A stretch of 64,000 bases of DNA from Candidatus Multivoradales bacterium (GTDB lineage: Bacteria > Acidobacteriota > Thermoanaerobaculia > Multivoradales > J023). The translations under genes and the position numbers were made by a program. The notes below the pieces were generated by a model. The model was not told the origin of the DNA, did not search any database, and worked only from the letters and a program-made list of their open reading frames with translations. The first letter of the stretch is position 1. Each line of letters opens with the position of its first letter. This document shows positions 1 through 8,579 of this stretch, piece after piece. Location of the stretch: NCBI GenBank assembly GCA_965248925.1, contig CBDFLE010000005.1, forward strand, positions 160,001 through 224,000, written 5' to 3'.

Positions 1-734
1 TAGAACTCGGTCCCCAGCCAGTGGGCCAGGAAATCTATCTCGGCAGCATGCCGATGACAGTCATCGGGGTCATGGAAGAGCGCGGCCAAGTCCTGGGTCA
101 GGACTCTGACGACTTTGTGTTCATTCCCTTTGACACCTCGCTCAGCCTGTTTGGCCGTCACAGCGGTGATTCAGTGCAGCTGCGCATGCAGGTGGTCAAC
201 GCGGAGCAGGTGGAGGAGGTCAAAGACGGTATTCAGCGGGTCCTACGCCAGCGTCACGGCCTGGAGGCCGGGCAGAGTGACGATTTCATCGTGGTGCTGC
301 AGGACGAGATTCTGCAAACGGTCAACCGCATCATCGGTGGGGTGACCGCTGGCGTGTCGGCGATTGTTGGAGTGGCATTGCTGGTGGCCGGCATTGGCAT
401 CATGAACATCATGTTGGTGTCGGTGACCGAGCGCACTCGCGAGATCGGACTGCGCAAGTCTCTCGGGGCGCGGCGCAAGGACATCATGTTGCAATTCCTC
501 GTCGAGGCAGTGGCCCTGGCCCTGGTGGGCGGCGCCCTCGGCCTGGCCCTGGGCTATGGCATTGGCGCGGTGGTCTCCAACATGCTGCCGGGCGAATGGC
601 CGCCGGCCCACGTGCCGCTGTGGGCGGCGGTTTTGGCCTTCGGTTTCTGCGGTCTGGTGGGGGTGGTGTTCGGTATCTACCCTGCTTCACGGGCGGCCCG
701 GCTCGACCCGATCGAGGCCTTGCGTTTCGAGTAA
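1..734 (+). CDS. ABC transporter permease, MacB/FtsX family (5' end outside the window)
   Basis: Signature GIGIMNIMLVSVTERTREIGLRKSLGA and C-terminal YPASRAARLDPIEALRFE; frame continues upstream of the listed start. Confidence 0.92.
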   Translation, partial: ELGPQPVGQEIYLGSMPMTVIGVMEERGQVLGQDSDDFVFIPFDTSLSLFGRHSGDSVQLRMQVVNAEQVEEVKDGIQRVLRQRHGLEAGQSDDFIVVLQDEILQTVNRIIGGVTAGVSAIVGVALLVAGIGIMNIMLVSVTERTREIGLRKSLGARRKDIMLQFLVEAVALALVGGALGLALGYGIGAVVSNMLPGEWPPAHVPLWAAVLAFGFCGLVGVVFGIYPASRAARLDPIEALRFE

Positions 735-1943
735 CTCGGCCAGCGCACCGCTCAGGCTGTCGACTTCTTGCTCGGTGTTGAAGTAGTGAGGTGAGGCCCG
801 CAGCACCCAGGCGACGCCTTTGCTATCGAAGTCGAGTAGGGCGGAGGAGCGTTCGGTGATGCTGACGTTGATCTTGCGCTGGCGTAGCCTGCGTTGCAGA
901 TCGTAGCCGTCTGGCCAAGGGATCGAGGCGGTGACGATGGCGCAGCGCTGGCGACCACGGTCGAGCACCCGGACGCCGGGCAATGCGGCCAGGCGCTGGC
1001 GCAGCAGGTCGGCCAAGCGGCTGCTGCGGCGAGCGATCCGCTCGAGTCCCACCGCCTGGGCATAGCGGGCTGCCGTGCCGCTGGCCATCACCAGGGCATA
1101 TGCAAATTCCCAGTTCTCGAAGCGTCGCGCGTCGGCCCGTGGCCGATAGCTGTCGGGGCCGAGCCACTCGGCACCTCGCAGGTCGGGCAAGAGGGGCTCC
1201 CAGCCCGCTGCCAAGATCCGGTCCGAAGCATAGAGAAAGCCGGTGCCGCGAGGGCCACGGAGAAACTTGCGACCGGTGGTGCTGAGAAAGTCGCAGCCGA
1301 GGGCCTCGACATCGAGGGGCATCTGACCGACGGTCTGGCAGGCGTCTAGCAGGAAAGGCACTTCGGCCTCGCGGCACAGGCGACCGATCTCCGCCGCCGG
1401 TTGCACCAGGCCGGAGCTGGTGGGCACATGGGTCACCGCTGCTAGCCGCGGGCGTTTGTCGAGCAACAAACGGCGGAAGACCTCAAGATCGACCTCGCCA
1501 TCGTCGGTGTCCGGTGGGTAGAGGATCTCGATGCCGAAGCGTCGCCGCAGGGCCAGGTAGGCGAGCTGATTGGAGACATAGTCATTGCGGGTGCTCAACA
1601 GGCAGTCGCCAGCTTGCCAAGACACTGCCGTGAGCACCAGATTGAAGGCGGCGGTGGCATTCTCAACCAGTGCGATGTTGCGAGCTTGGGCGCCGATCAA
1701 GCGACCTAGATCGACATAACACTCCTCGATCTGCTGCGCCATCAGCGCCGCTGCTTCGTAGCCTCCGACACGGGTCTCTAGATGCAAATACTGCTCGATC
1801 GCCATCAGCACGGGGCGTGGCATCAGGCTGGACCCGGCGTTGTTCAGATGTACCAGGTTGGCGCAGCCGGGAGTGTCGTCGCGTAGAGCGTCGAGGTCGA
1901 AGGCGGTGGTTTCGGCGGCGGCGGAATCGATAAAGTCAAGCAT
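687..1943 (-). CDS. Class-V PLP-dependent aminotransferase / cysteine desulfurase-like (EgtE-like C-S lyase family)
   Basis: HLNNAGSS, DACQTVG, PLP lysine in STTGRKFLRGPRG, RASPHYFNT; start placed at ATG of MLDFIDS (1943). Confidence 0.85.
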   Translation of the reverse strand: MLDFIDSAAAETTAFDLDALRDDTPGCANLVHLNNAGSSLMPRPVLMAIEQYLHLETRVGGYEAAALMAQQIEECYVDLGRLIGAQARNIALVENATAAFNLVLTAVSWQAGDCLLSTRNDYVSNQLAYLALRRRFGIEILYPPDTDDGEVDLEVFRRLLLDKRPRLAAVTHVPTSSGLVQPAAEIGRLCREAEVPFLLDACQTVGQMPLDVEALGCDFLSTTGRKFLRGPRGTGFLYASDRILAAGWEPLLPDLRGAEWLGPDSYRPRADARRFENWEFAYALVMASGTAARYAQAVGLERIARRSSRLADLLRQRLAALPGVRVLDRGRQRCAIVTASIPWPDGYDLQRRLRQRKINVSITERSSALLDFDSKGVAWVLRASPHYFNTEQEVDSLSGALAELLETQGLDRVEPGRP

Positions 1944-2036
1944 AGGCGTCCTTCCCAAGGGGATGAGCAAAAGAGATGCTGGAGACGTTATCATCGTCAG
2001 GCCGGCATTCAGGCGAGTCCGAAGAGAGTCAAACTC

Positions 2037-3200
2037 ATGCCAACCATCGATCACACCTTTATCACCGAGACCCTGCAACAGCTAGTGCGGATCAACTCGG
2101 TCAACCCCAGTTTGTCTACCGCCGGGCCAGGCGAGGCCGAGATCGCCGCCTATGTCGAGCCGCTGATGGCGGCGATCAGTTTGCGGGCTCGGGTCCACAC
2201 CGCGGCGCCGGGGCGTTTGAGCGTGGTCGGTCGCCGGGTGGGTCGTGGTGGTGGCCGTTCGCTGATGCTCAATGCTCACTACGACACCGTGGGCGTGGAG
2301 GAGATGCCTGAGCCCTTCTCGGCTGAGATTCACGACGATTGCCTGTGGGGCCGCGGTGCCTACGACATGAAGGGCAGCCTGGCGGCTTGCCTGGGGGCTG
2401 CCAAGGCACTGGCCGACGCTGGTATCGAATTGGCCGGAGACCTGTTGATCGCCGCAGTGGCCGACGAAGAGCATGCCAGCCTGGGGACGATCGACTTGCT
2501 GCCGCGCTATCCGGTTGATGGGGCGATTGTTACTGAACCCAGTGCTCTGGGACTGTGTCGGGCGCATAAGGGTTTTGTGTGGTTGCAGATCGAGATCGCC
2601 GGCCGCGCCGCCCATGGCAGCCAGTGGCAGCTGGGGTTGGATGCCAACCTGAAGATGGGTCGGGTGCTGGTCGGGCTCGAAGAGTTGTCGGCCGAGATCA
2701 GCCGGCAGCAGCATCCCCTACTTGGTGGCGCCAGCCTGCATGTCGGCCTGCTCGAAGGTGGCACCGCGCCGAGTGTTTATGCGGCAAACTCCCGGCTTAC
2801 CGTCGAACGGCGGACCTTGCCGGGCGAAACGGAAGCACTGGCGATGAGGGAGGTCGAGGGGCTGCTGGCGCGGCTGCGAGACGAAGACTCAGAGTTGGTA
2901 GCCACGGTGCGTCCGCTGTTGACCCGAGAACCGTTTGAGGTCGCCGCCGACTCACCCATCGTGTTGGCGACCGCCGCCGCCGGCCAGCGGGTGAGGGGTG
3001 AGCCGCTCGCCCATGTTGGCGAGGGGCCGTGGATGGACTCGGCGCTGCTGGCCGCCGCCGGCGTCGATACAGTGGTGCTGGGGCCAGCGGGCGGCGGGGC
3101 GCATTCGCGGCGGGAGTGGGTTGAGTTGGAGTCTGTCTTCACCCTGGCCGAGATCCTCGCCGAGACGGCCATCGAATACTGCGGTACCAGCAGCCGCTGA
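2037..3200 (+). CDS. ArgE/DapE-family M20 metallo-deacylase
   Basis: LNAHYDTV, GRGAYDMKG, ADEE, TEP, GRAAHGS and C-terminal AH metal-binding motifs. Confidence 0.9.
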   Translation: MPTIDHTFITETLQQLVRINSVNPSLSTAGPGEAEIAAYVEPLMAAISLRARVHTAAPGRLSVVGRRVGRGGGRSLMLNAHYDTVGVEEMPEPFSAEIHDDCLWGRGAYDMKGSLAACLGAAKALADAGIELAGDLLIAAVADEEHASLGTIDLLPRYPVDGAIVTEPSALGLCRAHKGFVWLQIEIAGRAAHGSQWQLGLDANLKMGRVLVGLEELSAEISRQQHPLLGGASLHVGLLEGGTAPSVYAANSRLTVERRTLPGETEALAMREVEGLLARLRDEDSELVATVRPLLTREPFEVAADSPIVLATAAAGQRVRGEPLAHVGEGPWMDSALLAAAGVDTVVLGPAGGGAHSRREWVELESVFTLAEILAETAIEYCGTSSR

Positions 3201-3216
3201 GCGGCCCGAGCGAACC

Positions 3217-3912
3217 ATGCGCCGCGCCGATCGTCTATTTCAGATCGTCCACAAACTGCGCCGCAATCGGGTGTTGACCGCCAGTCGCTTGGCCGCCGAG
3301 CTGGAAGTCTCCGAGCGTACTATTTACCGCGACCTGCGAGTGCTGTCGTCGAGCGGGCTTCAGATCGAGGGTGAGGCAGGGGTGGGCTACCGGTTGCGGG
3401 ACTGGGATCTGCCGCCACTGATGTTCGATCGCGAGGAAATCGAAGCCTTGGTCTTCGGCGTGCGGATCGTGCGCAGTTGGGCGGATCCAGATCTCGCGGA
3501 GGCAGCCCAGAGGGTGTTGTCGAAGGTCGAAGCGGTGTTGCCGGACGAACGCGAAGCGGATCTCCGGGAGACCGCTCTATTCGCACCACGCCTGGTCCCT
3601 GGGCCGCCGATAGCAGAAAACCTGGTGCGACTGCGCGGGGCTATTCGCGAGCGTCGCAAAGTGCGTTTCGCCTATTTCGATGCTCAGGGTGAAGGCAGTG
3701 AGCGAGTGGTCTGGCCGCTGGGGATGGTGTTCTATGGTCCCACCTGGAACGTCGCTAGCTGGTGTGAGCTGCGTCTCGCCTTTCGCGCTTTCAGACCCGA
3801 TCGCATGCGCCGCCTAGAGGTGCTCGGCGAGCACTTCGAGGCGACCGCGGGTCGCACCATGGACGACTATCTCAAGTTGGTGGGCTGCGATGAAAGAGGA
3901 CACTTGTCCTGA
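3217..3912 (+). CDS. YafY-family transcriptional regulator (winged HTH + WYL domain)
   Basis: MRRADRLFQIV...LAAELEVSERTIYRDL HTH; WYL motifs ERVVWPLG and WCELRLAFRAFRPDRM; true start at ATG 3217 inside the longer listed ORF. Confidence 0.92.
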   Translation: MRRADRLFQIVHKLRRNRVLTASRLAAELEVSERTIYRDLRVLSSSGLQIEGEAGVGYRLRDWDLPPLMFDREEIEALVFGVRIVRSWADPDLAEAAQRVLSKVEAVLPDEREADLRETALFAPRLVPGPPIAENLVRLRGAIRERRKVRFAYFDAQGEGSERVVWPLGMVFYGPTWNVASWCELRLAFRAFRPDRMRRLEVLGEHFEATAGRTMDDYLKLVGCDERGHLS

Positions 3913-3942
3913 GCCTCAGCTTGCGGAGTCGCGCTCCAGGGT

Positions 3943-4428
3943 TCAGGCCGTGGCTTCGGTTGCCTCCATGTAAGGCATCGCTGGCTGGCGGCCGCACAAC
4001 CGCGAATAGACGGTCAGAGCTCCTCGGTGGTGAGCGCTGTGGTCGACGATTGCGCCCACCACTGCCGCCCGTGGTAGGCCGCCCATGATCGGACCCTCGG
4101 GCAGGGGGGCCGCCAAGTCTTCATCGCTCAAGTCTCTCAGCTGCTCGCTCCAAGCGGCGAAAGCACGCTCAACCCATGCCCGAGCCTCCTTCAAGGTCTC
4201 TATCTTGGCGATCAACTTGCCGTGCTCTGCGAAGTTCATGTCGAAGCCCTCGGCGCCAAAAGCACCGTCGCGGAACCAATCCAAGGTGTGAGCGACGTGC
4301 TGCGCGGCGGTCATCATGCCGGGAGCTGGCGCGAAAGCGGCGTCAGCCTCCTGCAAGCAGCGGCTTGAGCGTTCGAAGTAGTCCTGAGTGACCTGTAGCT
4401 CGGCGAGTGACGCTGGGCGAGTGCTCAT
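3943..4428 (-). CDS. DinB/YfiT superfamily protein
   Basis: His motifs QHVAH and DHSAHHRGALTVYSRLCG-P; AGGA-type RBS upstream of ATG 4428. Confidence 0.85.
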   Translation of the reverse strand: MSTRPASLAELQVTQDYFERSSRCLQEADAAFAPAPGMMTAAQHVAHTLDWFRDGAFGAEGFDMNFAEHGKLIAKIETLKEARAWVERAFAAWSEQLRDLSDEDLAAPLPEGPIMGGLPRAAVVGAIVDHSAHHRGALTVYSRLCGRQPAMPYMEATEATA

Positions 4429-4497
4429 GGTGAGAGTTTCTCCTGTCATCAGTGGATAGTCGGCCAGTGGTCCGAGGTGTAAGTGTGGCATGAGTAC

Positions 4498-4517
4498 CCT
4501 GACAGCGTGGTGTCAGG
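4498..4517. promoter_or_regulatory. Inverted repeat CCTGACA-N6-TGTCAGG, candidate operator of the neighbouring WYL regulator
   Basis: Perfect 7-bp arms about 70 bp upstream of the DinB start; assignment to the WYL protein is inference. Confidence 0.6.
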
Positions 4518-4540
4518 AGAGGTTCGGCGATGGCCAGGAG

Positions 4541-5308
4541 TCAAGAGGTTTGGATGGCTTTGACGACCCGATCTACCAGGCCGGTCGCCGAGGGTGCCGC
4601 AGCTTGGTAGCAGTGGCTAACACCCAAAGAGCGAAGCTCACCGCTAGTCACCGGGCCGATCGATGCTGCTTTCAAGCTTCGCACCCTGGCTTGCCAGGAT
4701 GAACCAAAAAGCTGGCGGAAATGGCGTGCGATGCGCGGGCTGGTGAAGGTCACCCATCCCAGGTTGCCGGCGCCAAAAATTTGCTCCGCTTGCTGCTGCG
4801 CCGCAGCTGGTACTCGTTTGTCGTAAGCGGTCACGGTTTCTACCATAGCGCCGCCGCTGGTCAGTGCCGCGGCTAGATCGGGCCGAGCGTCAGCCGCTTG
4901 CGGGATGAGCACCCGCTGGCCACTGACTCGCGGCCCGAGCAGCTTGGCCAAGCCTGCGGCCGAGGCGATGCGGGGGATCAGGGCGGCGGGGTGGCCACGC
5001 TCAGCGAGGGCCGCGGCGGTCGCCGGACCGACGGCGGCTAGCGGCGGCAGCTGAGTGGCTGCTGAGTGGTTGAAGAATGCTACCACCGCGTTGCTGGAGG
5101 TGAAAGCGATCCAGCTGAACTCACCCGTCCGGGCGGCGGCAGCCCGTAACCGCGCCGGATCTTCAGGTTCAACAACTACCAATAGGGGCAAGCAGACCAC
5201 CTCGGCGCCCGCATCTCGAAATGCGCGCCGCATGGGCTCTGCTTGTCTCGCCGCGCGGGTGAGAACTACTCTTTGTCCGCTCAGCGGTAGAAGACTGCCA
5301 GGACTCAT
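4541..5308 (-). CDS. hemD: Uroporphyrinogen-III synthase
   Basis: VVLTRA, FTSSNAV, AAVGPATA, FTSP, SIGPVT motifs; follows hemC. Confidence 0.88.
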   Translation of the reverse strand: MSPGSLLPLSGQRVVLTRAARQAEPMRRAFRDAGAEVVCLPLLVVVEPEDPARLRAAAARTGEFSWIAFTSSNAVVAFFNHSAATQLPPLAAVGPATAAALAERGHPAALIPRIASAAGLAKLLGPRVSGQRVLIPQAADARPDLAAALTSGGAMVETVTAYDKRVPAAAQQQAEQIFGAGNLGWVTFTSPRIARHFRQLFGSSWQARVRSLKAASIGPVTSGELRSLGVSHCYQAAAPSATGLVDRVVKAIQTS

Positions 5309-5336
5309 TTGTTCGCTCCAAGGAGCCCATGGGCCG

Positions 5337-6275
5337 CTACAGAGCCGCCAGCACTCGATCGGCGCCGTCGGCGCGCATTGCATCTACGCAAGCACGGGCC
5401 AAGTCCTCGCCAGCGGTGCCACGAACCTCACCCACTGCTGCTCGCTTGCCGTCGGCGGTGCTCAGCAAGCCGCGCAAGCGGGTTTGGCCATCCTCGGTGG
5501 GTTCAGCAAAGGCCGCCAGCGGTAGCGTACAGTCACCGCCGAAGGCCCGTACCAGATATCTTTCCAGGTCAGCCTCCAGGCGGGTTTCGGCATGGTCTAG
5601 AGCGCGGCAGAAAGGCGTGGCGCGGCCCTTCCGCAGAACTTGTAGTGCCAAGATGCCCTGCCCTGGCGCCGGCAACATTTGCTCGGTCGGCAAAGGGTAG
5701 GCGGGCAGGTCGCAGAGGTTCAGGCGGGCCAGTCCAGCGGCGGCCAGGATGACTCCGGCGGCGCCACTTTCGCGCCATTTTCTCAGCCGGGTATCGACGT
5801 TGCCGCGGATCGATTCGACTTTGAAATCAATGCGGTGGCGGAGGATCTGCGCGCCACGGCGTAGGGAACCGGTGAGCAGGGTCGAGCCCATGGGTAGGTC
5901 GCCCAAGTGACTGCCGACGGCTGAAACCAGTGAATCCCGTGGATCGACCCGGCGCGGATAAGCAGCGATGCTCAGGCCATCGGCAACGGTGACCGGTAGA
6001 TCTTTGAGACTGTGGACCGCCAGGTCGATCGATCCATCGAGCAAGCCTGCTTCCAGCTCTTCGGTGAACAGGCCTTTGCCGCCAATTTTGGCCAGGTCGC
6101 CGGGGGTGGTGTCGCCGCGGGTGGTGATCGGCACCAGTTCTACCTGCAGGCCGCGATGGGCGCGGCGCAGGGCCTCGGCCACCTGGCCACTCTGCGCCAG
6201 GGCTAGCTGGCTGGCGCGGGTACCCAGGCGTAGAGGCGAGGTCGGCAAGGTGGTTGCATCGCTGGCCGGGCTCAT
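5337..6275 (-). CDS. hemC: Hydroxymethylbilane synthase (porphobilinogen deaminase)
   Basis: GTRASQLALAQ, GKGLFTEELE, AVHSLKD, IRGNVDTRL, PAPGQG, GGDC cofactor Cys. Confidence 0.96.
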   Translation of the reverse strand: MSPASDATTLPTSPLRLGTRASQLALAQSGQVAEALRRAHRGLQVELVPITTRGDTTPGDLAKIGGKGLFTEELEAGLLDGSIDLAVHSLKDLPVTVADGLSIAAYPRRVDPRDSLVSAVGSHLGDLPMGSTLLTGSLRRGAQILRHRIDFKVESIRGNVDTRLRKWRESGAAGVILAAAGLARLNLCDLPAYPLPTEQMLPAPGQGILALQVLRKGRATPFCRALDHAETRLEADLERYLVRAFGGDCTLPLAAFAEPTEDGQTRLRGLLSTADGKRAAVGEVRGTAGEDLARACVDAMRADGADRVLAAL

Positions 6276-7597
6276 TTCTTGCGGCTCTCACTCTTTTCAT
6301 CGTCGAGTTGGAAGAGGTGGCGGGCGAGGCTCAAGGTCGAGGTATCGTCCGCTTCGAGTTTTCGCATCCGCTGGCTTGGGTGGTGCAGCAGTTTACGCAC
6401 CAAGGCGCGGGTCAGCCGGTCGAGTTCCTCATGGGTGTGCTCGGGAAAACGCTCCCGGGCGGTCTCGATTTCGCCGCGGCGCAGCAATTCGGCACGGCGG
6501 AAAAGACTGGCCACAAGGGGCTCGGCGTCGAGTCCGCGAATCCAGCCTTCGAGTAAGCGCAGCTCGTGGTCAAGGATCTCCTGCACTCGCGGAATCTCGG
6601 CTCGCCGGCGCACCAAATTCTGTGAGATCAGCCGTTCTAGGGAATCGATATCTTGGAGAAAGGCGTTCTCCAGTTCGCCAGCGCCAGGGTCGATGTTGCG
6701 CGGTACGCCGAGATCCACCAGCAGCAGGGGTCGGCGTCGGCCAGTACCGAGAGCCGACTCCAAGTCGCCGCGGGTCAGTACCGGTTCGTTGGCGCCGGTG
6801 GAGGCCACCACGACATCGGCTTGGGCTGCCGCGGCGACTCGCTGGTCCCAGGCGACGGTGTGGGCGCTGCCGAGGCGTTGGGCGAAGCTAGTGGCGCGTT
6901 CGGCGGTGCGGTTGGCGATGCTCAGTTGGCTAGCCCCTTGCTCGGACAGGGCCCGGGCCACTTGCATCGAGATTTCACCCACTCCGAGCAACAGTACGCG
7001 GCAGCTGCCGAGGTCGCGAAAGATGCTGCGCGCCAGGTCGACCACGGCGTAGCCGAAGGATACCGAGCCGCTGGTAATTGCGGTTTCGGCCCGCGCCCGA
7101 CCGCCGCAGCTGATCGCCACCCGCAGCAGGCGTTGGATCAGCGGCCCGGCGGCCTGGTTGCCAGTGGCCCGTTCAGCGGCCTTCTTAACCTGGCCCAAGA
7201 TCTCTGGTTCGCCGAGCACCATCGACTGTAGGCCACTAGCGACCTCGAGCAGGTGCCGGGCGACCTCGCCGCCGTGTTTGACGTAGAAGCGCCCCTCGCG
7301 CTCGATCTCTGGCGCCCGCTCGAGGAAAGCGATTTCGAGGCCATTGCGGTAGGCCTGCTCTTCTCGGTGCGGCCGCAAGTAGAGCTCGGTGCGATTGCAG
7401 GTCGACAGCAGGCAAGCTTCAGCGATCGCCTCGTCGGCCAGCAGTCGGCTGAGTAGCTGGTCACCTTCCTCGTCGCCGTAGGTCACTTTCTCGCGCAGAG
7501 CCAAGGGTGCCGAGCGATGGTCGATGCCGATCAGCAGCAGCTGCGGCTCTCGCCGGCGGCGGTCGCCGAGGTCGAGATTTAAGTGGCTGGGATTCAC
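6272..7597 (-). CDS. hemA: Glutamyl-tRNA reductase
   Basis: LSTCNRTE catalytic motif, GEPEILGQVK, DLGVPRNID; start placed at GTG 7597, overlapping the upstream TGA. Confidence 0.95.
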   Translation of the reverse strand: MNPSHLNLDLGDRRRREPQLLLIGIDHRSAPLALREKVTYGDEEGDQLLSRLLADEAIAEACLLSTCNRTELYLRPHREEQAYRNGLEIAFLERAPEIEREGRFYVKHGGEVARHLLEVASGLQSMVLGEPEILGQVKKAAERATGNQAAGPLIQRLLRVAISCGGRARAETAITSGSVSFGYAVVDLARSIFRDLGSCRVLLLGVGEISMQVARALSEQGASQLSIANRTAERATSFAQRLGSAHTVAWDQRVAAAAQADVVVASTGANEPVLTRGDLESALGTGRRRPLLLVDLGVPRNIDPGAGELENAFLQDIDSLERLISQNLVRRRAEIPRVQEILDHELRLLEGWIRGLDAEPLVASLFRRAELLRRGEIETARERFPEHTHEELDRLTRALVRKLLHHPSQRMRKLEADDTSTLSLARHLFQLDDEKSESRKK

Positions 7598-8412
7598 GGC
7601 AGGTGGCTGGATTGAAGATTGATCGCGAAGATCGAGCATATTATCGCTGCCAGCCCGACAAGGCTGGCAAAAGCTGTTTGTCGGCCACCCCAGCCGCGCA
7701 CCTGCCGTAAGGTCAGCGCCAGTCCGTAGAAACCCCAGGTGGCGAGCGAAAAGAGGATCTTGCTGTCGGTCAGCCAGGGTTGCTGGTAGACCTGCACCGC
7801 CCAAACCACGCCTGAGATCACCACCCCGGTCAGCGACAAGAAGCCCACCAGCAGAGCGCCAGCCATCATTCTCTCGAGCACTTCGAGGGGAGGTAGCTTG
7901 CCGAAGAAGTTGGAGAATCGGCTGCGCTTGATCTCAGCGTAGAGGCGGAGAAAGAGGAAACCATAGCCGGCGCCGACGACGAAGGCGGCATAGCCGATCA
8001 ATCCCATGGCTACATGAATGGCAAACAGGGGGTGGGAGAGAATCGCTCGTTGTGGCGAAAGATCTGCGGTCAAGAACGAACTCAGCAGTTGCAGGATGAA
8101 GGCCAGAGTCAGCATCCAGAAGCCGGTGGCTTGTTCGCGGCTGGTCCACTCAACCAAGGCATAGACCACCGCCACCGCGAAAGCCAGGGCGCCGAGCATC
8201 TGCGAGATCGTAGCGGCCGGGAACTGCCCCGACTCTAGAGTCAGCATCACCAAGTGAACCAAGTGCAGGCCAAGGACGGTGGTAAACAGGCCACGCGCCC
8301 AGGTCTGCGCCCGGACGCTGCCGGCGAAGAACCAGAAGCCATAGCCCGCCGTAGCCCCTAAATAGAGGAGCGGCAGCAGTACAGTGGTGATTTTCAGGGC
8401 TATATTCATCAA
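7594..8412 (-). CDS. Cytochrome c assembly protein (CcsA/HemX-like membrane protein)
   Basis: About eight hydrophobic segments, conserved His residues, LPPLEVLE and W-rich GVVWA..W..D.K motifs; precedes hemA. Confidence 0.82.
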   Translation of the reverse strand: MMNIALKITTVLLPLLYLGATAGYGFWFFAGSVRAQTWARGLFTTVLGLHLVHLVMLTLESGQFPAATISQMLGALAFAVAVVYALVEWTSREQATGFWMLTLAFILQLLSSFLTADLSPQRAILSHPLFAIHVAMGLIGYAAFVVGAGYGFLFLRLYAEIKRSRFSNFFGKLPPLEVLERMMAGALLVGFLSLTGVVISGVVWAVQVYQQPWLTDSKILFSLATWGFYGLALTLRQVRGWGGRQTAFASLVGLAAIICSIFAINLQSSHLP

Positions 8413-8579
8413 AGCACACCGGAGCCGATCGGGGGCTGGAGTCTAGCAGGCTAGGAGTCCGGGCAACCCTCCCCGGGCTGGGCAGTAGGCTTGGCGGTTC
8501 GCGCCTGGAGCTGAACAGATAGAATCCGCTTCGAACTCCACATTCTCTGCTTAGATCTTGAAGTGAGCCATCCAGAGTC

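Noticed and set aside
687-734. 48-bp convergent overlap of the ABC permease and aminotransferase 3' ends
   Set aside because: Short tail-to-tail overlaps are common in GC-rich genomes; no evidence of function
2998-3216. 73-aa N-terminal extension on the WYL ORF, and similar extensions on hemA, the S9 peptidase and the 21185 ORF
   Set aside because: They overlap upstream genes; family N-termini and RBS positions support later starts
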